From NCBI RefSeq assembly GCF_009914755.1, contig NC_060936.1: 64,000 bases of DNA. One strand, written 5' to 3'. The stretch is from the human T2T-CHM13v2.0 reference genome, Homo sapiens. Both the position numbers and the translations under genes were made by a program. The notes beneath the pieces were generated by a model that searched no databases, was not told where the DNA came from, and saw only the letters and a program-made list of their open reading frames with translations. Below are positions 1 through 63,676 of the stretch, in pieces (within the stretch, counting starts at the first letter, position 1; every line of letters begins with the position of its first letter).

Positions 1-486
1 TATCTACAATATATAAAAAACTCTTGCAAATCAGTAAGACCCAAGAGAAAAACAGGCGAGAGACATGCAGAGTTAATTTACAAAAGAGGAAGCCCAAATG
101 GCTAACGAGTATAGAATGGAATGCTCAAACTCACTAGTAATCAGAGAAATGTACATGTAAGTGACATACCAACTAACATCCATCAAAATGGCAAAATGAG
201 AAAAGTGGATAATGCTAAGAGTTGTCAAGGGTGTGGGGGAATAAGAACTCTTGTGCAGTTCTTGTAGAAGTATAAACTGGCATAGACTTTTTAGCATTAC
301 TTAGTAAAAATGGGTATTCCTATGCCATTTGGCCTCATGATACCATTCCTGGGTATACAGTTGACCCTTGAACAACACAAGTTTGTGCTACATGCATTCA
401 CTTACATGCAGATTTCCATCCTCCTTTGCCACTACTGAGACAGCAAGACTAACCCCTTCTCTTCCTCCTCCTTCTCAGCTTACTCA

Positions 487-1020
<534 letters not shown>

Positions 1021-2648
1021 CTAGCTTACTTTATTTTAAGAATATAGTACATAATGCATATAACATATGTATGTGTTAATTGACTGTTCATTATCAGTAA
1101 GGCTTCCAGTCAACAATAGACTATTATTAAATTGTGGGGGAGTCAAAAGTCATACACAGATTTTTGATTGCATGGGAGATCAGCACCCCAAACCTCACCT
1201 TGTTCAAGGGTCAACCATGTATCTCCTAGAAATTCTCATACAAGTCCACAAGTGGAGACATGATGAAGTTCAACACACTGTTGCTTGTGGTAGCAGGGAA
1301 CTGGAACCAACCTTGGTGTCCATCCCTAGGGCAACAGATAAGAAAATGTTCGGAATACGATGTCATCCATTGGAAGCAATTAACCACACATATATGCAGC
1401 AACATAGATAGACCTTAAAAATATGGGATTGGCAAATAAAGAGAATGAGGGTTATAACACAATGCCTTTTATATAAGTTTAGGATGCATACATATTCAAA
1501 ACAACATTATATGCTTAGCAAGGATATGCATACGTTTTAGGACATGGAGCAAGCTCACTAGAGTGCCTGGGGGTGAGGAGAGCAAGATAGATGGAGATGG
1601 AAAGGGGGATTGGAGAAGGAGCTGGAAAATAAGATCTAAGAGAGGCCTCGTTACCTTGCACAGAATAAGGATGATAACATGTTACCCCGTGATTAACCTG
1701 AAGACCATAGAGGGAAAAGAAAAAAATTAACAACTGCAGAGCCTCAGATCCTGGGCATGAAACATAACAGAACCTCCAGGGACTCAGTTTCCTCCTATTC
1801 AGAATGGGGATAATATGTAAGGTGGTTGTGAGGACTGGGATCATGTTGGGCAAGAGGCCTGGCCAGAATTGTTGTTCAATAATAAAAATAATGCTAATGA
1901 TAGTATGCTATCCTTGCCGATAGTGTTTGCAGGTTCAGTTCTGCAGAGTTGCAGACCAGCTTGGTGTCAACACCTCTTGCTTTGCTCCCCAGCTCCTGGC
2001 TCTCTTATCTCTCTGGCCTCCTCATCTGGGCTGCAGCTAAATAGGAGAGATTTGCAAGGCAAGGTGAAAAGGTGAAAACCTGTGATTATATATATGTATA
2101 CTTCTATGTTTATATTTATTTATTTCAATTAGAAAAAGCCTCTTCATCCTGTATTCACTGGCTGCTCCCTTTGGATCAATACTTTAGTTAGGTCTTTAGA
2201 GAAATGAAATTTATATTCATGCCCCGCTGTTCCCTTAGTAACAATCTCCGGCAATCAGATCTGCTCTCTGGTGGAAATGGCCTTTGGAAAGCGCTTGTGC
2301 AGTGTGCAGTTGCACAATCTTACCTTTGCCAGAAACTGTTTTCTGATGTAGCCAGTATCTTTTCCAGAAAAAAAAAATTAACTACATTTAAGCAGACTTA
2401 ACAAGGTCTTAAAATAGATATAAAGTGGTTTCACCCCACAAGGGGAATTCTTAAAATACTAAAGTACTGTTTTTAAGCATAGTCAAGTACTTCAGAAACA
2501 CTCATTTACATTGCAAACAATTTCTATGCTAATTACAAATGATTCTTTCCCAACCACTAGGTAATATTTTGTGTTACTGTATGTACCTGAAACGAATAAA
2601 ATTACTTCTCTTTCTTCTTCTTTTATTTTTTTTGATCAATATTCATTA

Positions 2649-3244
<596 letters not shown>

Positions 3245-3280
3245 CTAAGATGCCCTCAATGGCAGACAACAAACCTATGA

Positions 3281-3688
<408 letters not shown>

Positions 3689-3849
3689 TAATAACCTTTC
3701 ACTCTTCTGAATGAATTCTCAACTTACTCTTCTCCATCAGGTCCTTCCCACAAGGCATCAACTGGCTGCCAAGAGAAACCCTCAAGCCCACACCCCTCCA
3801 GCCACTCTGGACTCCCTCCTCCTCCCCTTCTTGCTCACATTTATTGGAA

Positions 3850-5170
<1,321 letters not shown>

Positions 5171-5879
5171 AACTTGCATTTACCAGCACATGTGTGGGTG
5201 GTGTGATGGAGTGGACTTTGGAGAGAGGCAGGCATAGGTTTGAATTCCAGCTCTGTTCTTTTCAAGCTGTAAAAACTTAAGGATGTCAACCAACCTCTCT
5301 GAGCCTCAGAGTCCTCATCTGCAGAGAGAGGCATCATAATATTCACCATGTCTCCATATGTTGATTTCTCTTTTCAATCACTTGACCCATCTCCACCCAC
5401 CCACTCTCACCCGCTTTTTCTGAGAACTGACCCTTCTTCCCTATGCACACAGAGACGATGGTGGTTCCTGGCCACCATGTTAGTCCAACACGATGCAGCC
5501 CACTCCCCACAGATTACTGGGCCAGAGGTCGGGACCATCAGCTGCTACATCACCAGTTAGGAATTGGAACCCAGAGAGAGTCACACTGGACTCTTTTCCC
5601 ATACAGCTATACTGACTGTAGACCCAATGGCTATATATCAGTAGCCATATGTTCCTGTGTGGCTGGGAAGCAGAAAAAGCTGGTCTGCATAAGAGTAGAT
5701 GGAAGCCAATGCACAAAGGAAGCACAGGCCCAGAGAGGAAGAGACAGTGGAAACAGAGAAAGGGTCTTGCACATTTAATGTCCTGGTTTCAGTGACTGAC
5801 TGAGGCCAGCTGCACTGAGCTTGTGAGAAACCCGCACCCTTAAACCAAAAAAAAAAAAAAAAAAAAAAAATCTCCTTAA

Positions 5880-6498
<619 letters not shown>

Positions 6499-8068
6499 AC
6501 TCCTTAAATAGCTAGCATGGATTTTCATTACATGAAACCAACAAAGTCCTAAGTAATTTACCTATTTTGTGAAACAATTATTGTGAAAACTAGAAACGAG
6601 ATATGCACACATATAGTAGATATTCAATAAAAAATTATTCTTAATATATACTCAATAGATGAATGAGGCAAGGACTGAGGGAGGGATGTTGGAACTCTCT
6701 GCACCCATTTCTTTATAATCGTTTCAGAAATAGGGCCGAGTTCTTAACCCTATATCATCCCAAGAGTTTTTTTTGTTTTGTTTTGCTTGAAAAGGCAAAG
6801 TATTATATTTTGGTAACTTCGAAAAGAGAAAAAAATTACACATAATCTCACCCCATCAAATTGAAGCAGATATTTTCATTGCATACATACTTTGCATACT
6901 TATAATCATGGTGCATATTCTATTTTGTGTCTAGTATTTTTTACTTAACATTTTAATATTTCTACACAGACTTTGCAATCCTTTTAATGATTGTATAATA
7001 TTTAATAGTGTATTATCTAATTTATTAAACCATCCCCTATATAGATGTGCTTTCTGATTTTTCTATCATTAATCATGCTGCAATGTACATCTCTGTGGAT
7101 AGGTCTTTTTTTTTTGAGACAGAGATCCCAGGCATTTGGGGGTAATGGCAAAGATCCAAACACTTAGGTTCCAGGTCTCGGTTCCACATTTCACTGGCTA
7201 AATGACTCAGGTGGTTACTTGGGTGCCTGAGGCCTCAGTTTCCCCATCTGTTAAATGAAGCTAATTGTCTCTGCTCTGGAGATGCGCATTTGTCTTGAAG
7301 GTAAAGAGGAGCAGTAAATCAATTCTAAAGCCCTACTCTAAGCCATGATTCTGTTTAGCCCTACAAGGACAAGGAAACAATAGTGCTTAGTACCAGCTCC
7401 ATTTTTGAAAAGGTGCTAGAGGAATGGTGGCAGAGAGTATTGAATCATAGGGTCTTACCCACTCAGCCGGTGCTAAGTGATTAGGGGCCCACTCAACAGC
7501 AGATGAGGCCAGGGCAGGAGTGGACCTCCAGATAAACTCCCCTTCTGGCCCCCCACCATCTGGCTCTATTCTGGAGGGCTAGAATGGTGGCTATCCCACT
7601 ATTGCACTGGCTGCAATAGCAGTGGCAGGATTCTTTGGCTTTAATCCACAACCCCTTTCTCCCCCAAACCCAGGCGGCCTCTGTAGGTTCCCATGACAAC
7701 AGCATGCCTGGGAAGGACCAGCTTGAGGAAAAAACAGATTTTACTGTAAGAAAAAACTGGCCAGAAGCCACAGGCCGGGCAGGCTGGGACAGGGGCTCTG
7801 CAGTGGGGCTGGGTCCTGGGACATGGACCAGAGAGAGGAGTGAGCACCAGCTCTGTGCTAGAAGCTGACACATTTTGAGCACTTACAATAGCCAGATACT
7901 ATTAAATGTGCTGTGTATGTATTGACTTATTTGATCCTCATGACAATGAGGTAGGTACCATTGTTATCCATGTTTTACAGGTGAGGTGACAGAGGTATGG
8001 TGAGGTTCAAACCTGGCAGTCTGACGTCAGTGCCTGCATTATGGACCCCTTGGAAGTCATAATTCTCA

Positions 8069-8192
8069 TCTCTACAGCCTTTATCAATTGATAAAAGACA
8101 GTTTCATTCTATCCTCACAACATTTTTCCAAGATTAAAGATTATTATTCCCATGTTACAGATGAGGATCCCAAAGGTCAGAGAGGTTAAGCA
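8069..8192 (+). repeat. 124-bp direct repeat, copy 1 (partly MIR-derived)
   Basis: 118/124 identical to 12696-12819, no gaps. Confidence 0.95.
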
Positions 8193-8821
8193 ATGTGTCC
8201 CAAATCACGCAGCTAGCAAGTAATAGAGCTGGAATTTGAACTCAGATGTGTCTGAACCCAAAGCCCATGGTTGCTACTAAGATGCCAGGAAATAGATCTG
8301 AGCCTTCCTATCCTCCCATAAGCCTGGGAGAAGGGTCATGTAGCGTAGGCTAGCTTTAGAGATATGAGTGGGATACATTTCTGTGTCCTCAGTGCCGTGC
8401 CAACCCTCTCCCAACACAGACACTCACACATGCACACACACATGCACGCATGCATGGGCGTGAACACAGGCCCTGGCAGGCAGACGCTGCCCTCCTCTCA
8501 GCCAGGAATGGGCCCGCCTACTCACAACAGGCTTCTCAGGCTGGTGAGCCTGCCCACACCTGATTGCCTTACCTGGGAGAGGCTGCTGGAAGGCATGGAA
8601 GGCATATCTCCCCACCCCAACTCATTCTGTGTAACCAGGCTGGGGCTTCCCAAGGAAGGGAGAGAATTCCTGAGGTCTGTGAGACCCCTGGGATGTTTTG
8701 GGTTTTTTATTTCTAAACCAAGTGGGAGCCTAAACTTCAGAGCCGGGAGCCTAGGCTGCTTAGAGTAGAGTAGGGAAAGTTCTGTCATCCCTAAAGGACT
8801 CTTCCTATTGTTGTTCCAGTG

Positions 8822-10189
<1,368 letters not shown>

Positions 10190-11140
10190 AGTGGAAACTA
10201 TCTTAAGAGGCTTGGACACCCCAGCTTTCTCTAGCCTCTGCAGACCCTGCCATGCCTGCACATAAACCCCATTTCTTCTCCATGCCATACTGCAAAGAAT
10301 TGGAGTAGCGCATTGAGCACACTACAGTTTCTCCCTGCTGTAGATGTTACCCTCGAAGCCCTTCTTTGGAAGACCCACACACCCATCCACAGGACAGCAT
10401 GGACTCCAAAGTGAAGGTGGGTAAGAGAGAGAGAGCCTGCAGACTGAGAGAGAAGGAGAGCAAGAAAGTGAGGAGATAGGGCTGCTGGGAGAGAGAGCAG
10501 GGAGGTCAGAGTTGGGGACCATGCCCAAAACATGTCAATACCATGTCTGGTTTTTTTCCTCTGGGGAGAGAAGGCATCCCTGCTGCCTGCAGTACTGAGC
10601 ACCTGTGCTCCCCACAAGCCCCCTCCAGCCTGGCCCGGGCACGCAGTGGGCATTTAGTAAGTGCACACTAGAGCTGGTGGTTATGTTGATAAGATGACGG
10701 CACAGCACTCAGTCTGCAAAGTCCAGACTTCTGTCTCTCTCACCCCCTGGGAATTTCATAAATAAATCCCTGGACCTGTTCCAAGAAGAATTTCAAGGCT
10801 TCTCTGCATGTGTATGTGTTTCCAGAAACACAACAATTTTACATGATGCCTGGTGTGCAAACTCCCAAGCAACCCATGGAGAGGAATGAGGACTTGGGCA
10901 TGGCAAAGAGGAGGTGGACAGAACGGGTCAGGCTGGGCTGGCGCGGGCCAGGAAACCAGCAGTCGATGGCGGCAGTTTGAGCCCAGGCTCTGCAGCTGGC
11001 GGCTGCTAACCTGGCTCCCCAGACGCCCGGTCTGCCCCAGGCTCAGATTGCCCAGCCTCCCCTCCCCCACCCTTGGGCTTTGGCAGGATTCTCCATCAGG
11101 TTTTTGCAAAGTGCTGGGGTCTTAAAATAGCATAAAGGCC

Positions 11141-11144
11141 CACG

Positions 11145-11175
<31 letters not shown>

Positions 11176-11192
11176 ATGCATGCACACACACA
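11141..11192. repeat. (CG)n(CA)n alternating purine-pyrimidine microsatellite
   Basis: cacgcgcgcgcgcacaca...catgcatgcacacaca. Confidence 0.95.
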
Positions 11193-12695
11193 AACATACA
11201 CATTTAGACTATAGTGTCAATTCCCGTACCATAGAATGAGGATCAAAAAAGGAGGGAGAGTAGAGGGTGGAGCAAGGACTTCACGGCATCTTCTAGAGCT
11301 GAGCACAGTGAGAGGCCAGGCAGGAAACAGGGGTGGCACTCGGTGTGAAGAAGGGGAATGGGGAGGAGAAAACAAGATAGAGCCTGTTTTTGGGTGTGTG
11401 TGACAACGTGACAGGGCTAATAGTCATGTCTGGAGTGTGTGTTTATGTGTAGCTGGGATCATGAAAGCAAAGGCTGTGTTGGTGTGACCAGTTTGGCAAG
11501 AGGAAGCTGGATTTCCCTCCTGGACTGTGAACTCCTATGGGGCAAGAACTAAGAACTTTATCCTCATCATTCCCAGGGCCTAGCCCAGTGCCTGACACAG
11601 ACACTAAATACATGTTCCAAGAATAAATAGATGATGGACGGATACATGGATTTGCTAGAACACTAAGTAGTAACCATAATGATAGTATAATTTCAAAGAG
11701 CAAAATTGGAAATGGCACCCCAAAGTTAGAAGATGTGGCCAATCCACAAGTACGTGCTGGATGCTGAGAAGGAAAGGGAAGTGACCGCCGCTGTGATAGG
11801 GTTTGGGATCTGTCTGGGGAAGACGAGACGAATACAGAGAGGTAGGGAGAAGGCTTCCCAGAGGAGTCAGGCCCTGAGCTGGTCGAATTACTTGAGCTGG
11901 TGTTCTAGCCAGGGCTCACAGGCTATAAGGACAAACACACTCAAACCAGTGGAACTGAAAAGAGGATTTCCTAGGAAGATAGATGGGAATCTCAGAGAAC
12001 CCAGCAGTGGAAAATACAGTCAGATCCCATGGGATCTGAGAAGACGCTGGGCTGATTATATGTTGGGGATTCTGTTAGAGTGGGCGAGGCCAGAGGGTGT
12101 GTGTGCATGGACACATTCCCAGCACACCTGGGGTGAACACCAGGGGTCTCTGGTCTCTCCTTTCCCTGGGCCTCTGCTCCACTCTCCTCTCCTGGCTCAC
12201 CCTGGCCCAGGGTAGCTTCCAGCTAGTCTCCATTGCTCGCTACCACCTAAGTAACTCGGTTTTTGTAACTTCTTAGTTCAAATGCTCATGAGAAAGGACT
12301 TGCATGGCTCAGCCAGTTTATTTCTTGCTTTCCCTTGGTTCAATGCCCAGCCCTGGTGCGATCATCTGTGGCCAGAGGGCAGACCATGCAAACTCCCCTA
12401 GGAGAAGTGGGTGTAGCAGGTGACAGCGGCAGACTCTGGAGATCCAGACAGGAGGAAAACTACATGAGGCACTTGGTTGTGTGGTGTGTGTGTGTGTGAG
12501 AAGGGGGTGGATGGGGGAAGCCAGGACAAAAGAGGAGCTGTCAGGACGGGGGTGAGCCAGGTGACCTTGGGCAAATTACTTAATCCCTCTATGCCTCAGT
12601 TCCTTGTCTCTACTATGGAGTGAATAATACTACTCTCATGCGGTTGCTGTGAAGATCGAGTAAATAATCTGTGCCAAGTTCTTAGGAGTCAATGT

Positions 12696-12819
12696 TCTCT
12701 ACAGCCTTTAGCAATTGATAAACGACAGTTTCATTCTATCCTCACAACATTTTTCCGAAATTAAAGATTATCATTCCCATGTTACAGATGAGGAACCCAA
12801 AGGTCAGAGAGGTTAAGCA
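12696..12819 (+). repeat. 124-bp direct repeat, copy 2
   Basis: 118/124 identical to 8069-8192. Confidence 0.95.
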
Positions 12820-14494
12820 TGTACATGCAGTCTCTGCATGTATTGTGATGTGCAGGAGAGTTAGGATGGATAGTAAGTTCTCATCACGTAGAGGCCTCAC
12901 TACCAGTTTTGGCTCTGTCCTGGGCAAGTCACACATCTTCTCTGAGCCTGGGATTCCTCACCTGTGAAACAAGGGAGTCCAACTGAATCATTTCTTAAAT
13001 CCCCTCTTAGTTTAGAAAGCCAAGCTTTTGGCTTGGCCATAGGGAGCCTGTGGATTCTGAAGAAGGCAGATGACAGACAAAATGAAGGAGGCTTTCTTAG
13101 AATACAGTTATGTTGCAGGGTGCCTTGCGGACTGGAAGGAGGGTGACCAGGAGGCAGGGAGGTTACACCACCAGTAGTCCCAGAGATGTGTTGTGTAAGG
13201 TTCTGGACTGTAGCATCGCAGGAGGGGACCAGCCAGATAGGCAAAAGCTGTGAGGTCCACAACAAAAGGAAAATGACCAGGAGAGCAATCCCATTTGGCC
13301 ACTGGCCTTCCCAGATAGATAGAAACTGATATATTAATCATCAAGGCTGAGGGCACAGGGCCTATTTCCAAGGAGGCACTGGGGAATGGATGGGGTAGGG
13401 GGAGGATGAGGTCAATGTGTAGATTAAAAGAACCAAAGAAGGCTTGCTTCTAAAAATCATGTAATTGCCTCTGGAGTAGAAAGTGAGCAAGAAAAGCCTG
13501 GGAGGGTTTTCTCCAAGTACACCACAGCTCCGCACCACCCCACGGACTGCTAAACACAGACTACAGGCTGCTGACCACAGCAAGACCCTAACGCTGACTC
13601 TGGCCTTTGGGCTTCTTGGGCCCAGAGCAATCCCTCTAATTAGCCCCCATCCTTAGTCACCAGGCATATCCCATCCAAGTTCTCTTCATTGCCTAACCTC
13701 CCCTCCCTCTGCTTCCCTCACCATCCTGGCTCATTTGTCCCTTCACCAGGGCCCCACCCCTACACCTTCAACCTCCAAACGGCCCCTCTTCTGCTCCCAG
13801 CCTGGACTGCTGAGCATTTCCTGAGGAAATGGTATTATAAAAGAGGCTTGTTATGACCTCAAATTTATGTTCTGTAATCCTGCCTGGGCCCCAGTGCCAC
13901 TCTGACAATCCCTTTCTGCTTTTCTATGTCCCTGGACACCACTCCCATTCTCCACAGTGGCTTTTTACAAATCCTTACCACCTTCCTCAAGCACATCTAC
14001 CATCATATGCCACCATGCCCCCTGAGCATACTGTACCGAAACAGAGGGCCTGACTGAGAACATCAGGATGACCCTTCATGCCTATAAACTTTCTCTTGGT
14101 TTACCTCGTTTCTCCAGCTCTAGCAAGGTAATTTCCTCCATGCCAAGGCTAATCACTGTACCTCTGGATCTTTATCCTGTGCTTCTCATCTACCCTGGGT
14201 TCTGGTTCCATTACTTACTACTTCTTCCTGTATCTATGAACTCTTCTTGGCTCTTTTATTGCAGTCTAAGCTGCAGTCTTTCTCCTCTTATTAAAGCAAC
14301 AAAAGGGAGTAAACACTCCCTTCACCTTGTGTATCCTTCTGCAATCCCCTTTTCTTTTTCTCTTGTCCAGTCTGGAAATCTTTATTTTTAAATTGGATTA
14401 TTTAGTCCATTTACATTTATTGTAATCACAGATATATTTGGATTTATTTTCACCATCTTATTTTCTTCTTTCTATTTATCCCACTTTACCAGAG

Positions 14495-14720
14495 ATTCAG
14501 TATCACTTGTCTTGGGACCAGAGTGTTTTGGATTTCAGAGTTTTTAGGATTTTGAAATATTTGCATGGTACTCACGTGTTGAGCATTCCTAATCCAAAAA
14601 TAAAAAATCTGAAATGCTGCAATGAGCATTTCCTTTGAGCATTATGTCAGTGCTCAGAAGGTTTCAGATTTTGGAGCATTTTGGATTGTGGATTTTTGGA
14701 TTAGGAATGCTCAACCTATA
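14495..14720. mobile_element. Tigger4a/MER46-type DNA transposon
   Basis: gagcattcctaatccaaaaat...aatgagcatttcctttgagc...ggattaggaatgctcaacct. Confidence 0.8.
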
Positions 14721-15244
14721 TTGTCCTTTTTATTTCCTTTCTCAATTCCTTTTGGATTATTTTGTATAATTCTATTTCTTCATCCTCTTAACCTCTAAGT
14801 TATACACTCTGTTCCTCTCCTATTAGTGAATACTTAACTGTTAGTAAAGTATGCACGAATTCATACGTAACATATATTTTTTATTTAGCCCTTGATCTTT
14901 AAAGCCATTTCTGTGAGTATACAATTTTAAGTTGACTGTTATTTTTCTCTTGGGCTTATTTTGGATTTTTGTCTATGCAGATTATATTTCTTAAAATTTG
15001 GTCTGTGAGAATTCCCTGTAGCCTGAGTTCAATTTGGGTTCCTCTACAGATGATTTGCTCTTCTTTCTTCCACGTACTACCAGGAAGTACTATGGGCCTC
15101 AGACCACTTGAATCTAAATAGCGTGTAGTTTTTCAGACTGCCTAGATAGGGTGAATTTTGAATAAAATCACATCATGGAGGCCAGCTTGCCGTTATGAAT
15201 TCTCAGGGGATATTTTCTCCCATTCTCACTCAGAGCCAAGGTTT

Positions 15245-15710
<466 letters not shown>

Positions 15711-16059
15711 GAGGAGTGAATTATTTCTGGTCCCTCCTTAGACGATGTGTATTACCCTTTGTGGGTCACAGCCTTGTGCACAGGATCTGTTATTAGACTT
15801 CCCACTTTGGATGAGCTTGAGCTCTGTCTCCTGTCCCCTATATCCTGCTTGCCTGTGAAAACCAAAGTCCGAGCTCACCCGTATGCAAAGGCTCTGAACA
15901 GAAAAGCCAGCTTTGGTGATTAGCTTTCCTCTTTGATTCTTAGTCTTTTACTTGAGTATTCACTTTCTTGCTAGTTTACTGAGCATTTTACGTTGTTTTC
16001 AGCCGAAGATTTGCTCAAGGAACCTGGTTTACCATTCCAAAGGAAATCCAAATTTCCCC

Positions 16060-17730
<1,671 letters not shown>

Positions 17731-18001
17731 ATGAACTATTGCCTTCTTGGGATGAATGACCCTGCTGCTCACCAAGGCAAATGATCCCCTAGGTAGTGGT
17801 GTCTCTGTGCGTTGCGACCAATGTGGCAATTGTCACACTGAGTTGTCACTCTAGTCAGTGGGACTAAGGAGTAAGACTTTTTCCTGGAGAAGTGGCTCCT
17901 GCTAGCTCTGGGGACTCTCCTGACAAAGAGACAGGGCAGAGGGGAAAAGAAGTTCATAGACTGTGATGTGGGTCCAGCCCTAAGATTAAGACGGTTTACA
18001 A

Positions 18002-18371
<370 letters not shown>

Positions 18372-19232
18372 CTAGCAGGAAGCATCCTTGGGCCAGGCTG
18401 TGGGAAGGAGCGAAGGGCACAGGTAGGGATTAGGCAGTCTCTATGTAGCGCGGGACCTAAAAGGAAGGTAGACACATCACCTAGGAAAGCTCTAGTTTGG
18501 AGATGCCCCAAACTCTCACAAATGGGGTGTGAGGCATATGATTAACCCCTCCCCTGCTCCACCTCATTTTCCACCTTCAGCTGGGTCCTGAAGACCAGTA
18601 CCTAGAAAAGCAGGAGATGCTATGGTGTTGAAGAAAGCACAGGACCAGTAGGCTGTGGCTTTAATGATGGATTGTATGTGAGCCTTGGCAAATCGCTTAC
18701 CTTCTCTAAGTCTCAGTCACTTCATCGGGGCACACTCTGACATGCCTCAACCACTTCCTAGGATTGTAGTGAAGGTCAACTCATAATGATGATAATAGCT
18801 ATTCTTTTTAGATCACTTCCTATGTGTCAGAGATTATGCTAAATGCTTTACCATATTTTATCAATACTAACAATATCTGTATGACATAGAACTATTATTA
18901 GCTCCATTTTACAAGATGAGTAAATTGAGGTTTAGGGAGGTAAAGTATCTTGCCCAAAGTTCAATGCTGTCAAGTGAGCTGATGGAGCTGACGGAGGTGG
19001 CATTTGGTCTGTGGAGCCAGCATTCTGGTTCCCTGATCTGTATATTTAGCTGTGTGGCTGACTTTACTGTCTAGGAGTGAAGCAACCACAGGTCCCCTCT
19101 GGGACCCCTGGCCTCGAAGCCACAGTGGCAGCACTTAGCAAGAAATAAGGAAAGATACCTCCCTCCCCCCTGGCTTCAGATATGTGCTCCTGAGGGGTTG
19201 GCTTTCCCTTCTTAACTGCAGGGGTTGGTGAC

Positions 19233-19661
19233 TGTACTGGGTTGAATAGTGTCCACCCAAAATTCGTGTCTACCAGGAACCTGCGAATGTAATCTTACTT
19301 GGAACGAGGATCTTAGCAGCAGATGTAACCAATTAAGATCATTTGCACTCATACTGGATTAGGGTGGGCCCTAATCCAATGACTGGTATCCTTATAAGAA
19401 GAGAGGAATGTGGACAGAGATGTAGATGCAGAGGGAAGATAACCATGTGAAGACATGGGGTTATGCTTCCGCAAACCAAACAACACCAAGGATCCTGGGA
19501 ACCACCAGAAGCTAGAAGAGGCAAGGAAGGATTCTTCCCTAGAGCCTTCAGAGAGCACATGGCCCTGCCAACACCATGGTTTCAGATTTCTAGCCTCCAG
19601 AACAGTGAGAGAATACATTTGTATTTTAAGCTACCCAGTTTGGTAGTAGGAAACTAACACA
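19233..19661 (+). mobile_element. MaLR solo LTR (MLT1C/B-like)
   Basis: TG...CA ends, ggattagggtgggccctaatccaatgactggtatccttataagaag core, 5-bp TSD gtgac/gtaac. Confidence 0.88.
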
Positions 19662-20199
19662 GTAACCTAGCACTGTGTGCACCACAGCTTGGTGGATAGA
19701 GCATGGATTGGAAACCACTTAGACGGACTGGGTGGGGTGTGCCTATTTGGGGGAGATGAGGGAGAGGAGAATAAGTTATTTACTCATCCAGCTACACTGA
19801 CCAACTTGTAGACAATGCCTCCCCATGACTTTATGTGATTGTGTGTACACTGTGTCTGGCGAGTGTGTCTTCAGCTTTATTTTTTCCGGATATGACGATG
19901 GGAGTTCTTCAGGTTGGTGAAACTTAGAAGGTGAGAATTCCATTTAAGCAACTGTTCTCCCTATCTCTTGGCCATCCTTTCCACCCCTAGATCTCAGATG
20001 GTGAAGCTGTGCTTAGAGAGGTTCAAACCTTGCCCAAGTTTTCACAGCTAGTTAGTAGGAAGCAGAATTCAGATCCAGAATTCTCTGGCTGCAAAAATTC
20101 TGCCCTTTCCTTTATATCAAGTTCTTTCTCAAGCTAAAGAAACTGACCTCTTTTCAGAAAGATACGGAGTGATTTGTTTACTTTCTTAAGCATTTCTTC

Positions 20200-20700
20200 T
20201 AGATTTGAAAGTAACATTTATTTGAAAAATATTTAGAAATTATTGAAATGTTAAAAGTAAAAAAATTATGGCAATAACTACTGTTACTATTGGGTAAATA
20301 TCCTTCCAGTCTTTTTTTCCTATAAACACATATTATCAGTACAATTTGAATAATACTGTAAACAGTGTTGCATTTTGCTTTTTTAATTTAACATTATCTT
20401 GTAAGCATTTTCTCATGTCAATAGTTTTTGTAAACAGGATTTTAAATTACTAAATAATGTTCCATCATATGGATGGGCCATAATTTAACATTTTCTATTA
20501 TTGTCTACTTAGTTTCTACCTTTTTTACAATGATAAATATACAGTTAACATTTTTCATAAACATCTGTCCTCTTATTATTTCTTGAGGACAGGGGACAAT
20601 ACTGGGTAAATGGATATGAAGATTTTAAGGCATTTGATGCATAATGCCAATTGTTTACCAAAAGGGTTCTACCTACCAGCCCAATCAGAGTGCCTCACAC
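20200..20700 (-). mobile_element. Old L1 (L1ME/MC) 3' fragment abutting the CpG island
   Basis: AT-rich, ttccatcatatggatgggccataatttaac motif. Confidence 0.6.
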
Positions 20701-21283
20701 GGCACCCTCACCCATACTGTCATCAATAAAGAGCTTTGCTATGTTCTGAAAAGGCGCGTGCCGCGATTCCATCACACAGGCTGCCGCGTCCAGAGGATGG
20801 CAGGGGGCGAGGCGAGGCAGGGAAACCAGTTAGGAGACCGCGGCGATGATCCCAGGGGACGCGCTGGGGGCTTGAGGCTAGGCGCAGGGATGGAGGAACT
20901 GGAACACGCACGGGATTCGTAGAATATTCGACGGGGGCGGGGGATCGACTCTGATAAGATAATTCTGCACTGCGTGGGGTGCAGGAGAGGGAGGAGACTG
21001 CACGTTCGGCTCCGGCCTCCTCCGCGCCGGGCTCGGCACCGATCCGCGAAGTTGGCCGAGGCGTGAGCCCCGCCCACCCCTTTAACAGGGACACTCCCCT
21101 TTAAGGCGGGCGCCCGCGCGCGCCCCGGCCCCGCCCTTCGGGGGCGCGCGCGGCGGCCGCGGCGCCGGCTCCGCCGGGAGCGCACGTGCAGGCGCCGGGC
21201 GGAGGAGAGGGAGGCGGGAGCCGGGCCGCGGGAGGAGGGGAGGCGCCGGGGGCGCGCGCGCGCGCGCTGGGCGCTGCTGGGCT

Positions 21284-21301
21284 GCGGCGGCGGCGGCGGC
21301 G
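21284..21301 (+). repeat. (GCG)6 in 5' UTR
   Basis: gcggcggcggcggcggcg ending 10 nt before the ATG. Confidence 0.95.
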
Positions 21302-21310
21302 GTGGTTACT

Positions 21311-63676
<42,366 letters not shown>

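Noticed and set aside
8021-8030. Palindromic CRE ctgacgtcag
   Set aside because: Single short motif in a MIR remnant, expected by chance in 64 kb
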